NCBI GenBank assembly: GCA_964016885.1
Contig: OZ024740.1
Span: 433,566,001-433,630,000 of the forward strand
Reading direction: 5' to 3'
DNA length: 64,000 nucleotides
From: Eledone cirrhosa
Taxonomy: Eukaryota
Shown here: positions 41,801 to 55,338 of the stretch, in pieces
Position numbering within the stretch: the stretch's first letter is position 1
Layout: each line of letters opens with the position of its first letter
Notes under the pieces: model-generated
The model's database searches: none
The model's input: only the letters and a program-made list of their open reading frames with translations
What the model was told of the DNA's origin: nothing
Made by a program: the position numbers and the translations under genes

Positions 41801-44800
41801 ATTGTGTTGTGAGGGAGTTACTATTGTGTTGTGAGGGAGTTACTATTGTGTTGTGAGGGAGTTACTATTGTGTTGTGAGGGAGTTACCATTGTGTTGTGA
41901 GGGAGTTACTATTATGTTGTGAGGGAGTTACCATTGTTGTGAGGGAGTTACTATTGTGTTGTGAGGGAGTTACTATTGTGTTGTGAGGGAGTTACCATTG
42001 TTCTGAGGAAGTTACCATTGTGTTGTGAGGGAGTTACCATTATGTTGTGAGGGAGTTACTATTGTGTTGTGAGGGAGTTACTATTGTGTTGTGAGGGAGT
42101 TACCATTGTGTTGTGAGGGAGTTACCATTGTGTTGTGAGGGAGTTACTATTGTGTTGTGAGGGAGTTACCATTGTGTTGTGAGGGAGTTACTATTGTGTT
42201 GTGAGGGAGTTACTATTGTGTTGTGAGGGAGTTACTATTGTGTTGTGAGGGAGTTACTATTATGTTGTGAGGGAGTTACTATTGTGTTGTGAGGGAGTTA
42301 CCATTGTGTTGTGAGGGAGTTACTATTGTGTTGTGAGGGAGTTACTATTATGTTGTGAGGGAGTTACCATTGTGTTGTGAGGGAGTTACTATTGTGTTGT
42401 GAGGGAGTTACTATTGTGTTGTGAGGGAGTTACTATTGTGTTGTGAGGGAGTTACCATTGTGTTGTGAGGGAGTTACCAGTGTGTTGTGAGGGAGTTACT
42501 ATTGTGTTGTGAGGGAGTTACTATTGTGTTGTGAGGGATTTACTATTGTGTTGTGAGGGAGTTACTATTGTGTTGTGAGGGAGTTACTATTGTGTTGTGA
42601 GGGAGTTACTATTGTGTTGTGAGGGAGTTACCATTGTGTTGTGAGGGAGTTACTATTGTGTTGTGAGGGAGTTACTATTGTGTTGTGAGGGAGTTACTAT
42701 TATGTTGTGAGGGAGTTACTATTGTGTTGTGAGGGAGTTACTATTGTGTTGTGAGGGAGTTACTATTATGTTGTGAGGGAGTTACTATTATGTTGTGAGG
42801 GAGTTACCATTGTGTTGTGAGGGAGTTACCATTGTGTTGTGAGGGAGTTACTATTGTGTTGTGAGGGAGTTACTATTATGTTGTGAGGGAGTTACTATTA
42901 TGTTGTAAGGGAGTTACTATTGTGTTGTGAGGGAGTTACTATTATGTTGTGAGGGAGTTACTATTATGTTGTGAGGGAGTTACCATTGTGTTGTGAGGGA
43001 GTTACCATTGTGTTGTGAGGGAGTTACTATTGTGTTGTAAGGGAGTTACTATTGTGTTGTGAGGGAGTTACTATTGTGTTGTGAGGGAGTTACTATTATG
43101 TTGTGAGGGAGTTACTATTGTGTTGTGAAGGAGTTACTATTATGTTGTGAGGGAGTTACTATTGTGTTGTGAGGGAGTTACTATTGTGTTGTGAGGGAGT
43201 TACCATTGTGTTGTGAGGGAGTTACTATTGTGTTGTGAGGGAGTTACTGTTGTGTTGTGAGGGAGTTACTATTGTGTTGTGAGGGAGTTACTATTATGTT
43301 GTGAGGGAGTTACTATTATGTTGTGAGGGAGTTACTATTATGTTGTGAGGGAGTTACTATTGTGTTGTGAGGGAGTTACTATTGTGTTGTGAGGGAGTTA
43401 CTATTATGTTGTGAGGGAGTTACTATTGTGTTGTGAGGGAGTTACTATTGTGTTGTGAGGGAGTTACTATTGTGTTGTGAGGGAGTTACCATTGTGTTGT
43501 GAGGGAGTTACTATTGTGTTGTGAGGGAGTTACTATTGTGTTGTGAGGGAGTTACTATTGTGTTGTGAGGGAGTTACTATTATGTTGTGAGGGAGTTACT
43601 ATTGTGTTGTGAGGGAGTTACTATTGTGTTGTGAGGGATTTACTATTGTGTTGTGAGGGAGTTACCATTGTTCTGAGGAAGTTACCATTGTGTTGTGAGG
43701 GAGTTACTATTATGTTGTGAGGGAGTTACCATTGTGTTGTGAGGGAGTTACCATTATGTTGTGAGGGAGTTACTATTGTGTTGTGAGGGAGTTACCATTG
43801 TTGTGAGGAAGTTACCATTGTGTTGTGAGGGAGTTACTATTATGTTGTGAGGGAGTTACCATTGTGTTGTGAGGGAGTTACCATTATGTTGTGAGGGAGT
43901 TACTATTATGTTGTGAGGGAGTTACTATTATGTTGTGAGGGAGTTACCATTGTGTTGTGAGGGAGTTACCATTGTGTTGTGAGGGAGTTACTATTGTGTT
44001 GTGAGGGAGTTACTATTGTGTTGTGAGGGAGTTACTATTGTGTTGTGAGGGAGTTAGTATTATGTTGTGAGGGAGTTACCATTGTGTTGTGAGGGAGTTA
44101 CTATTGTGTTGTGAGGGAGTTACTATTATGTTGTGAGGGAGTTACTATTGTGTTGTGAGGGAGTTACTATTATGTTGTGAGGGAGTTACTATTATGTTGT
44201 GAGGGAGTTACTATTGTGTTGTGAGGGAGTTACCATTGTGTTGTGAGGGAGTTACTATTGTGTTGTGAGGGAGTTACTATTGTGTTGTGAGGGAGTTACT
44301 ATTATGTTGTGAGGGAGTTACTATTATGTTGTGAGGGAGTTACCATTGTGTTGTGAGGGAGTTACCATTGTGTTGTGAGGGAGTTACTATTGTGTTGTAA
44401 GGGAGTTACTATTGTGTTGTGAGGGAGTTACTATTGTGTTGTGAGGGAGTTACTATTATGTTGTGAGGGAGTTACTATTGTGTTGTGAAGGAGTTACTAT
44501 TATGTTGTGAGGGAGTTACTATTGTGTTGTGAGGGAGTTACTATTGTGTTGTGAGGGAGTTACCATTGTGTTGTGAGGGAGTTACTATTGTGTTGTGAGG
44601 GAGTTACTATTGTGTTGTGAGGGAGTTACTATTGTGTTGTGAGGGAGTTACTATTATGTTGTGAGGGAGTTACTATTATGTTGTGAGGGAGTTACTATTA
44701 TGTTGTGAGGGAGTTACTATTGTGTTGTGAGGGAGTTACTATTATGTTGTGAGGGAGTTACTATTATGTTGTGAGGGAGTTACTATTATGTTGTGAGGGA

Positions 44801-47800
44801 GTTACTATTGTGTTGTGAGGGAGTTACTATTATGTTGTGAGGGAGTTACTATTGTGTTGTGAGGGAGTTACTATTGTGTTGTGAGGGAGTTACTATTATG
44901 TTGTGAGGGAGTTACTATTATGTTGTGAGGGAGTTACTATTGTGTTGTGAGGGAGTTACCATTGTTGTGAGGGAGTTACCATTGTGTTGTGATGGAGTTA
45001 CCATTGTTGTGAGGGAGTTACCATTGTGTTGTGAGGGAGTTACTATTATGTTGTGAGGGAGTTACTATTGTGTTGTGAGGGAGTTACTATTATGTTGTGA
45101 GGGAGTTACTATTGTGTTGTGAGGGAGTTACCATTGTTGTGAGGGAGTTACCATTGTGTTGTGAGGGAGTTACCATTGTTGTGAGGGAGTTACCATTGTG
45201 TTGTGAGGGAGTTACTATTATGTTGTGAGGGAGTTACTATTGTGTTGTGAGGGAGTTACTATTATGTTGTGAGGGAGTTACTATTGTGTTGTGAGGGAGT
45301 TACCATTGTGTTGTGAGGGAGTTACTATTATGTTGTGAGGGAGTTACCATTGTGTTGTGAGGGAGTTACCATTGTTGTGAGGGAGTTACCATTGTGTTGT
45401 GAGGGAGTTACTATTATGTTGTGAGGGAGTTACTATTGTGTTGTGAGGGAGTTACCATTGTGTTGTGGGGGAGTTACTATTATGTTGTGAGGGAGTTACT
45501 ATTGTGTTGTGAGGGAGTTACTATTATGTTGTGAGGGAGTTACTATTGTGTTGTGAGGGAGTTACCATTGTTGTGAGGGAGTTACCATTGTGTTGTGAGG
45601 GAGTTACCATTGTTGTGAGGGAGTTACCATTGTGTTGTGAGGGAGTTACTATTATGTTGTGAGGGAGTTACTATTGTGTTGTGAGGGAGTTACTATTATG
45701 TTGTGAGGGAGTTACTATTGTGTTGTGAGGGAGTTACCATTGTGTTGTGAGGGAGTTACTATTATGTTGTGAGGGAGTTACCATTGTGTTGTGAGGGAGT
45801 TACCATTGTTGTGAGGGAGTTACCATTGTGTTGTGAGGGAGTTACTATTATGTTGTGAGGGAGTTACTATTGTGTTGTGAGGGAGTTACCATTGTGTTGT
45901 GGGGGAGTTACTATTATGTTGTGAGGGAGTTACTATTGTGTTGTGAGGGAGTTACTATTATGTTGTGAGGGAGTTACTATTATGTTGTGAGGGAGTTACT
46001 ATTGTGTTGTGAGGGAGTTACTATTATGTTGTGAGGGAGTTACTATTATGTTGTGAGGGAGTTACTATTGTGTTGTGAGGGAGTTACCATTGTGTTGTGA
46101 GGGAGTTACTATTGTGTTGTGAGGGAGTTACTATTGTGTTGTGAGGGAGTTACTATTATGTTGTGAGGGAGTTACTATTATGTTGTGAGGGAGTTACTAT
46201 TATGTTGTGAGGGAATTACTATTATGTTGTGAGGGAGTTACCATTGTGTTGTGAGGGAGTTACCATTGTGTTGTGAGGGAGTTACTATTGTGTTGTGAGG
46301 GAGTTACTATTATGTTGTGAGGGAGTTACTATTGTGTTGTGAGGGAGTTACTATTGTGTTGTGAGGGAGTTACTATTGTGTTGTGAGGGAGTTACCATTG
46401 TGTTGTGAGGGAGTTACTATTGTGTTGTGAGGGAGATACTATTGTGTTGTGAGGGAGTTACTATTGTGTTGTGAGGGAGTTACTATTGTGTTGTGAGGGA
46501 GTTACTATTATGTTGTGAGGGAGTTACTATTATGTTGTGAGGGAGTTACTATTATGTTGTGAGGGAGTTACTATTGTGTTGTGAGGGAGTTACTATTATG
46601 TTGTGAGGGAGTTACTATTATGTTGTGAGGGAGTTACTATTATGTTGTGAGGGAGTTACTATTATGTTGTGAGGGAGTTACTATTATGTTGTGAGGGAGT
46701 TACTATTGTGTTGTGAGGGAGTTACTATTATGTTGTGAGGGAGTTACTATTATGTTGTGAGGGAGTTACTATTGTGTTGTGAGGGAGTTACTATTATGTT
46801 GTGAGGGAGTTACTATTGTGTTGTGAGGGAGTTACCATTGTTGTGAGGGAGTTACCATTGTGTTGTGAGGGAGTTACCATTGTTGTGAGGGAGTTACCAT
46901 TGTGTTGTGAGGGAGTTACTATTGTGTTGTGAGGGAGTTACCATTGTGTTGTGAGGGAGTTACCATTGTTGTGAGGGAGTTACCATTGTGTTGTGAGGGA
47001 GTTACCATTGTTGTGAGGGAGTTACCATTGTGTTGTGAGGGAGTTACTATTATGTTGTGAGGGAGTTACTATTATGTTGTGAGGGAGTTACTATTGTGTT
47101 GTGAGGGAGTTACCATTGTGTTGTGAGGGAGTTACTATTATGTTGTGAGGGAGTTACCATTGTGTTGTGAGGGAGTTACCATTGTTGTGAGGGAGTTACC
47201 ATTGTGTCGTGAGGGAGTTACTATTATGTTGTGAGGGAGTTACTATTGTGTTGTGAGGGAGTTACCATTGTGTTGTGAGGGAGTTACTATTATGTTGTGA
47301 GGGAGTTACTATTGTGTTGTGAGGGAGTTACTATTATGTTGTGAGGGAGTTACCATTGTGTTGTGAGGGAGTTACCATTGTTGTGAGGGAGTTACCATTG
47401 TGTTGTGAGGTAGTTACTATTATGTTGTGAGGGAGTTACCATTGTGTTGTGAGGGAGTTACCATTGTTGTGAGGGAGTTACTATTATGTTGTGAGGGAGT
47501 TACTATTGTGTTGTGAGGGAGTTACTATTATGTTGTGAGGGAGTTACTATTGTGTTGTGAGGGAGTTACCATTGTGTTGTGAGGGAGTTACTATTATGTT
47601 GTGAGGGAGTTACTATTATGTTGTGAGGGAGTTACCATTGTGTTGTGAGGGAGTTACCATTGTTGTGAGGGAGTTACTATTATGTTGTGAGGGAGTTACT
47701 ATTATGTTGTGAGGGAGTTACTATTATGTTGTGAGGGAGTTACTATTATGTTGTGAGGGAGTTACTATTGTGTTGTGAGGGAGTTACCATTGTGTTGTGA

Positions 47801-50800
47801 GGGAGTTACTATTATGTTGTGAGGGAGTTACTATTATGTTGTGAGGGAGTTACTATTGTGTTGTGAGGGAGTTACTATTATGTTGTGAGGGAGTTACTAT
47901 TATGTTGTGAGGGAGTTACTATTGTGTTGTGAGGGAGTTACTATTGTGTTGTGAGGGAGTTACCATTGTGTTGTGAGGGAGTTACCATTGTTGTGAGGGA
48001 GTTACCATTGTGTTGTGAGGGAGTTACTATTATGTTGTGAGGGAGTTACTATTGTGTTGTGAGGGAGTTACTATTATGTTGTGAGGGAGTTACTATTGTG
48101 TTGTGAGGGAGTTACCATTGTTGTGAGGGAGTTACCATTGTGTTGTGAGGGAGTTACTATTATGTTGTGAGGGAGTTACCATTGTTGTGAGGGAGTTACT
48201 ATTGTGTTGTGAGGGAGTTACTATTATGTTGTGAGGGAGTTACTATTATGTTGTGAGGGAGTTACTATTATGTTGTGAGGGAGTTACTATTGTGTTGTGA
48301 GGGAGTTACTATTGTGTTGTGAGGGAGTTACTATTATGTTGTGAGGGAGTTACCATTGTGTTGTGAGGGAGTTACTATTGAGTTGTGAGGGAGTTACTAT
48401 TGTGTTGTAAGGGAGTTACTATTGTGTTGTGAGGGAGTTACCATTGTTGTGAGGGAGTTACTATTGTGTTGTGAGGGAGTTACTATTATGTTGTGAGGGA
48501 GTTACCATTGTGTTGTGAGGGAGTTACCATTGTTGTGAGGGAGTTACCATTGTGTTGTGAGGGAGTTACTATTATGTTGTGAGGGAGTTACCATTGTGTT
48601 GTGAGGGAGTTACCATTGTGTTGTGAGGGAGTTACTATTGAGTTGTGAGGGAGTTACTATTGTGTTGTAAGGGAGTTACTATTGTGTTGTGAGGGAGTTA
48701 CCATTGTTGTGAGGGAGTTACCATTGTGTTGTGAGGGAGTTACTATTGTGTTGTAAGGGAGTTACTATTATGTTGTGAGGGAGTTACCATTGTGTTGTGA
48801 GGGAGTTACTATTATGTTGTGAGGGAGTTACTATTGTGTTGTGAGGGAGTTACCATTGTGTTCTGAGGGAGTTACTATTGTGTTGTAAGGGAGTTACTAT
48901 TATGTTGTGAGGGAGTTACCATTGTGTTGTGAGGGAGTTACCATTGTGTTGTGAGGGAGTTACTATTGTGTTGTGAGGGAGTTACCATTGTGTTGTGAGG
49001 GAGTTACCATTGTTGTGAGGGAGTTACTATTATGTTGTGAGGGAGTTACCATTGTGTTGTGAGGGAGTTACTATTGTATTGTGAGGGAGTTACTATTATG
49101 TTGTGAGGGAGTTACTATTGTGTTGTGAGGGAGTTACTATTGTGTTGTGAGGGAGTTACTATTATGTTGTGAGGGAGTTACCATTGTGTTGTGAGGGAGT
49201 TACTATTATGTTGTGAGGGAGTTACCATTGTGTTGTGAGGGAGTTACTATTATGTTGTGAGAGAGTTACTATTGTGTTGTGAGGGAGTTACTATTGTGTT
49301 GTGAGAGAGTTACTATTGTGTTGTGAGGGAGTTACTATTGTGTTGTGAGGGAGTTACTATTATGTTGTGAGGGAGTTACCATTGTGTTGTGAGGGAGTTA
49401 CTATTGTGTTGTGAGGGAGTTACTATTATGTTGTGAGGGAGTTACCATTGTGTTGTGAGGGAGTTACTATTGTGTTGTGAGGGAGTTACTATTGTGTTGT
49501 GAGGGAGTTACTATTATGTTGTGAGGGAGTTACTATTATGTTGTGAGGGAGTTACTATTATGTTGTGAGGGAGTTACTATTGTGTTGTGAGGGAGTTACC
49601 ATTGTGTTGTGAGGGAGTTACTATTATGTTGTGAGGGAGTTACTATTATGTTGTGAGGGAGTTACTATTATGTTGTGAGGGAGTTACTATTGTGTTGTGA
49701 GGGAGTTACTATTGTGTTGTGAGGGAGTTACTATTATGTTGTGAGGGAGTTACTATTGTGTTGTGAGGGAGTTACCATTGTGTTGTGAGGGAGTTACTAT
49801 TGTGTTGTGAGGGAGTTACTATTATGTTGTGAGGGAGTTACTATTGTGTTGTGAGGGAGTTACTATTGTGTTGTGAGGGAGTTACTATTATGTTGTGAGG
49901 GAGTTACTATTATGTTGTGAGGGAGTTACTATTGTGTTGTGAGGGAGTTACCATTGTGTTGTGAGGGAGTTACTATTATGTTGTGAGGGAGTTACTATTA
50001 TGTTGTGAGGGAGTTACCATTGTGTTGTAAGGGAGTTACCATTAAGTTGTGAGGGAGTTACTATTGTGTTGTGAGGGAGTTACCATTGTGTTGTAAGGGA
50101 GTTACCATTGTGTTGTAAGGGAGTTACCATTATGTTGTGAGTGAGTTACCATTGTGTTGTGAGGGAGTTACTATTATGTTGTGAGGGAGTTACTATTGTG
50201 TTGTGAGGGAGTTACCATTGTGTTGTGAGGGAGTTACTATTATGTTGTGAGGGAGTTACCATTGTTTTGAGGGAGTTACTATTATGTTGTGAGGGAGTTA
50301 CTATTGTGTTGTGAGGGAGTTACTATTGTGTTGTGAGGGAGTTACCATTGTGTTGTGAGGGAGTTACTATTATGTTGTGAGGGAGTTACCATTGTTTTGA
50401 GGGAGTTACTATTATGTTGTGAGGGAGTTACTATTGTGTTGTGAGGGAGTTACTATTGTGTTGTGAGGGAGTTACCATTGTGTTGTGAGGGAGTTACCAT
50501 TGTGTTGTGAGGGAGTTACCATTGTGTTGTGAGGGAGTTACCATTGTTTTAAGGGAGTTACTATTGTGTTGTGAGGGAGTTACCATTGTGTTGTAAGGGA
50601 GTTACCATTATCTTGTGAGGGAGTTACCATTGTGTTGTAAGGGAGTTACCATTGTGTTGTAAGGGAGTTACCATTGTGTTGTGAGGGAGTTACCATTGTG
50701 TTGTGAGGGAGTTACTATTGTGTTGTGAGGGAGTTACTATTATGTTGTGAGGGAGTTACCATTGTTTTAAGGGAGTTACCATTGTGTTGTGAGGGAGTTA

Positions 50801-52690
50801 CTATTATGTTGTGAGGGAGTTACTATTGTGTTGTGAGGGAGTTACTATTATGTTGTGAGGGAGTTACCATTGTGTTGTGAGGGAGTTACTATTATGTTGT
50901 GAGGGAGTTACCATTGTGTTGTGAGGGAGTTACTATTGTTGTAAGGGAGTTACCATTGTGTTGTGAGGGAGTTACTATTATGTTGTGAGGGAGTTACTAT
51001 TGTGTTGTGAGGGAGTTACCATTAAGTTGTGAGGGAGTTACCATTGTGTTGTAAGGGAGTTACCATTGTGTTGTGAGGGAGTTACCATTGTGTTGTGAGG
51101 GAGTTACCATTGTGTTGTGAGGGAGTTACTATTGTGTTGTGAGGGAGTTACTATTATGTTGTGAGGGAGTTACCATTGTTTTGAGGGAGTTACTATTATG
51201 TTGTGAGGGAGTTACCATTGTTTTAAGGGAGTTACTATTGTGTTGTGAGGGAGTTACTATTGTGTCGTGAGGGAGTTACCATTGTGTTGTGAGGGAGTTA
51301 CCATTATGTTGTGAGGGAGTTACCATTGTGTTGTGAGGGAGTTACTATTGTGTTGTGAGGGAGTTACTATTGTGTTGTGAGGGAGTTACCATTGTGTTGT
51401 GAGGGAGTTACCATTAAGTTGTGAGGGAGTTACCATTATGTTGTAAGGGAGTTACTATTGTGTTGTGAGGCAGTTACTATTGTGTTGTGAGGGAGTTACC
51501 ATTGTGTTGTGAGGGAGTTACCATTGTGTTGTGAGGGAGTTACCATTGTGTTGTGAGGGAGTTACCATTGTGTTGTGAGGGAGTTACCATTGTGTTGTGA
51601 GGGAGTTACCATTGTGTTGTGAGGGAGTTACTATTATCTTGTGAGGGAGTTACTATTGTGTTGTGAGGGAGTTACTATTGTGTTGTGAGGGAGTTACCAT
51701 TGTGTTGTGAGGGAGTTACTATTGTGTTGTGAGGGAGTTACCATTGTGTTGTGAGGGAGTTACTATTGTGTTGAGGGAGTTACCATTGTGTTGTGAGGGA
51801 GTTACTATTGTGTTGTGAGGGAGTTACCATTGTGTTGTGAGGGAGTTACCATTGTGTTGTGAGGGAGTTACCATTGTGTTGTGAGGGAGTTACCATTGTG
51901 TTGTGAGGGAGTTACCATTGTGTTGTGAGGGAGTTACTATTATGTTGTGAGGGAGTTGCCATTGTGTTGTGAGGGAGTTACCATTGTGTTGTGAGGGAGT
52001 TACCATTGTGTTGTGAGGGAGTTACTATTGTGTTGTGAGGGAGTTACTATTGTGTTGTGAGGGAGTTACTATTGTGTTGTGAGGGAGTTACTATTGTGTT
52101 GTGAGGGAGTTACTATTGTGTTGTGAGGGAGTTACTATTGTGTTGTAAGGGAGTTACTATTGTGTTGTGAGGGAGTTACTATTGTGTTGTGAGGGAGTTA
52201 CTATTGTGTTGTGAGGGAGTTACCATTGTGTTGTGAGGGAGTTACCATTGTGTTGTGAGGGAGTTACCATTGTGTTGTGAGGGAGTTACTATTGTGTTGT
52301 GAGGGAGTTACTATTGTGTTGTGAGGGAGTTACTATTGTGTTGTGAGGGAGTTACCATTGTGTTGTGAGGGAGTTACCATTGTGTTGTGAGGGAGTTACC
52401 ATTGTGTTGTAAGGGAGTTACTATTGTGTTGTAAGGGAGTTACCATTGTGTTGTGAGGGAGTTACCATTGTGTTGTGAGGGAGTTACCATTGTGTTGTGA
52501 GGGAGTTACTATTGTGTTGTGAGGGAGTTACCATTGTGTTGTGAGGGAGTTACCATTGTGTTGTGAGGGAGTTACTATTGTGTTGTAAGGGAGTTACCAT
52601 TGTGTTGTGAGGGAGTTACCATTGTGTTGTGAGGGAGTTACTATTGTGTTGTGAGGGAGTTACTATTGTGTTGTGAGGGAGTTTCCATTA
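32869..52690. repeat. 22-bp intronic satellite TGTTGTGAGGGAGTTAC(T/C)ATT(G/A), about 900 copies
   Basis: Directly visible tandem array with two main variable positions. It lies inside the SLC44A intron 32642-54674. Confidence 0.98.
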
Positions 52691-53004
52691 TTTCATGTTC
52701 ATATGTTGATAATACAATTGACAGCTTATCATATTATTATATATTATTTGAGTATTAATGAAAATAATACATGTCATCTAAATAAAACATATTTTATATC
52801 AAAGCTGTCTGTGCAACAATTGACAGTTTTCTGTTTCACATAGTATTTTCTTGTTAATTCTGATATATATTGCAGTGATACTGAGCTAAGTAAATATCCA
52901 TTTTATAAATTTGTTAACATCCTGCTTAAATAGAACAGCCTAGAAAAATATAAATATCACATCAGATTGAATTGAACTGGGAGGATATAGTTTGTATATT
53001 TGAT

Positions 53005-53201
53005 GTGAAGATGTCTTAGTGGTAAGACTATTGGGCTTACAGTAGTCAGGTTGTGAGTTTGATTCTGGAACCAGGTGATATGTTGTCCTTGAACAAGACA
53101 CTTTATTTCACGTTGCTCCAGTTTACTCAACTGTAGAAATGAGTTACAACACCACTGTTGTCAACCTGTATCGGCCTTAGACTTTCCCTTGGACAATATC
53201 A
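53005..53201 (+). mobile_element. tRNA-derived SINE head
   Basis: A-box-like CTTAGTGGTAAG, B-box-like GAGTTTGATTC, then GTCCTTGAACAAGACACTTTATTTCAC. Reverse-complement homologues lie at 56127-56250 and 60645-60790. Confidence 0.8.
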
Positions 53202-54227
53202 TATATAGTGTGTATATAGTGTGTATATACAGTGTGTATATAGTGTATATACAGTGTATATACAGTGCATATACAGTGTATATACAGTGCATATACAGTG
53301 TATATATAGTGTATATATAATGTATATATAGTGTATATATATAGTATATATATAGTATATATATAGTATATATATAGTATATATATAGTATATATATAGT
53401 ATATATATAGTGTATATATAGTGTATATATATAGTATATATATAGTGTATATATATAGTATATATATAGTGTATATATATAGTGTATATACAGGGTATAT
53501 ATAGTGTATATATAGTGTATATACAGTGTATATACAGTGTATATATAGTGTATATACACTATATATACAGTGTATATATATAGTGTATATACACTATATA
53601 TACAATGTATATACACTATATATACACTATACAGTGTATATACACTATATATACACTATATATACACTATATATACACTGTATATACAGTGTATATACAC
53701 TATATATATATACACTGTATATACACTACATATACACTGTATATAGTGTATATACACTGTATATAAATGTACACTGTATATACACTACATATACACTACA
53801 TATACACTGTATATACACTATATATACAGTGTATATATAGTGAATATACAGTGTATATAGTGTATATACAGTGTATATATATAGTGTATATACACTGTAT
53901 ATATATGTACACTATATATACAGTGTATATATAGTGTATATATAGTGTATATACACTATATATATAGTGTATATACAGTGTGTATATAGTGTATATACAG
54001 TGTATATATAGTGTGTATAGAGTGTATATACAGTGTGTATATAGTGTATATATAGTGTGTATATAGTGTATATATAGTGTATATATAGTGTGTATACAGT
54101 GTGTATATAGTGTATATACAGTGTATATATAGTGTGTATAGAGTGTATATACAGTGTGTATATAGTGTATATATAGTGTGTATACAGTGTAAATATATTG
54201 TATATATGGAGTGTATATATAGTGTAT
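53202..54227. repeat. Compound (TA)n/TATACAGTG microsatellite with an internally inverted segment
   Basis: TATATAGTG/TATACAGTG units flank a middle region (about 53555-53960) rich in the reverse-complement CACTATATA/CACTGTATA. Confidence 0.95.
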
Positions 54228-54425
54228 GTCATGATGTCACTGCTCCCAAGCAGTATCGGCCATTACCTTTCCCTAGGACAACATCAGTGACATGGAGAGG
54301 GGCAGGCTGGTATGTATGGGTGACCACTGGTCTTCCACAAACCACCTTGCCGTAGCGGGTGGGGAGGGGGGTCTTTCTAGGTACAAATCCCATGGTCATT
54401 CGTAACCAGCGCGGGTGTTTACACC
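54228..54425 (+). mobile_element. SINE body continuing the element at 53005-53201
   Basis: Its first ~50 bp (CACTG..GTATCGGCC..CTTTCCCT.GGACAA.ATCA) repeat the last ~50 bp before the microsatellite. Confidence 0.65.
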
Positions 54426-54674
54426 TGATATAAGCTACTTGAAGTGTGTGTGATAGATTAGTCTAAAATCCCAGCTGATAACAGAAAGATGCTTCTGTCT
54501 TTAATCCTTCGAGTACTTGACCATATTTATAGAAATTTTGAAGTATAACTATCTTCCAGAATTGTTTTAAGAAATAATGGAGGGAAATAACTTTTGCAAT
54601 TGAGGTGGGAGGGGAAGCCCCCCCCCCCTCACTCTGTCACTCACATTACATTGGTTTTATTGTTTCTATTTCAG

Positions 54675-54759
54675 GTGATAGTTGTTGGAACATATTTCAT
54701 TGCAGACTGTTTCTTCTGTGTCTATGAGATGGCTGTTGACACAATTTTCCTCTGTTTTA
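54675..54759 (+). CDS. SLC44A2: SLC44A penultimate exon: VIVVGTYFIADCFFCVYEMAVDTIFLCF
   Basis: Strong acceptor TTGTTTCTATTTCAG| and donor A|GTAAGT, 85 nt. Carries the hallmark CTL motif Y.IA..FF.V..M.VDT.FLCF. Confidence 0.96.
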
Positions 54760-54786
54760 GTAAGTTCTCACCATTCTTTAATGGAA

Positions 54787-54824
54787 CTAGCAGAAAAACC
54801 ACCATTCAGGTGGTTTTCTGCTAG
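54787..54824. other. Intronic hairpin: 16-bp stem with one bulge and a 5-nt loop
   Basis: CTAGCAGAAAAACCACC-ATTCA-GGTGGTTTTCTGCTAG. Confidence 0.85.
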
Positions 54825-55338
54825 CATGTGTAGTATGTATATTGATATTATACGCAGGTATATATGCATGTAGATATGATACATGTGTAGTGTGTATATT
54901 GATATTATACGCAGGTATATATGCATGTAGATATAATACATGTGTAGTGTGCATATTGATATTATACGCAGGTATATATACATGTAGATATGATACATGT
55001 GTAGTGTGTATATTGATATTATACGCAGGTATATATGCATGTAGATATGATACATGTGTAGTGTGTATATTGATATTATACGCAGGTATATATACATGTA
55101 GATATGATACATGTGTAGTGTGTATATTGATATTATACGCAAGTATATATACATGTAGATATGATACATGTGTAGTATGTATATTGATATTATACGCAGG
55201 TATATATACATGTAGATATGATACATGTGTAGTGTGTATATTGATATTATACGCAGGTATATATGCATGTAGATATGATACATGTGTAGTGTGTATATTG
55301 ATATTATACGCAGGTATATATGCATGTAGATATGATAC
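54825..55338. repeat. 57-bp minisatellite, 9 copies
   Basis: TACGCA(G/A)G recurs every 57 nt from 54851 to 55307. Confidence 0.95.

Noticed and set aside
32869-52690. Telomeric or G-quadruplex array
   Set aside because: The unit has TGAGGG rather than tandem TTAGGG, and the GGG runs are 19 nt apart, which is poor for a canonical G4.
54851-55320. CGCAG|GTATAT as recursive splice sites in the 57-bp unit
   Set aside because: There is no polypyrimidine tract, the donor is weak, and the intron is only 1.55 kb.
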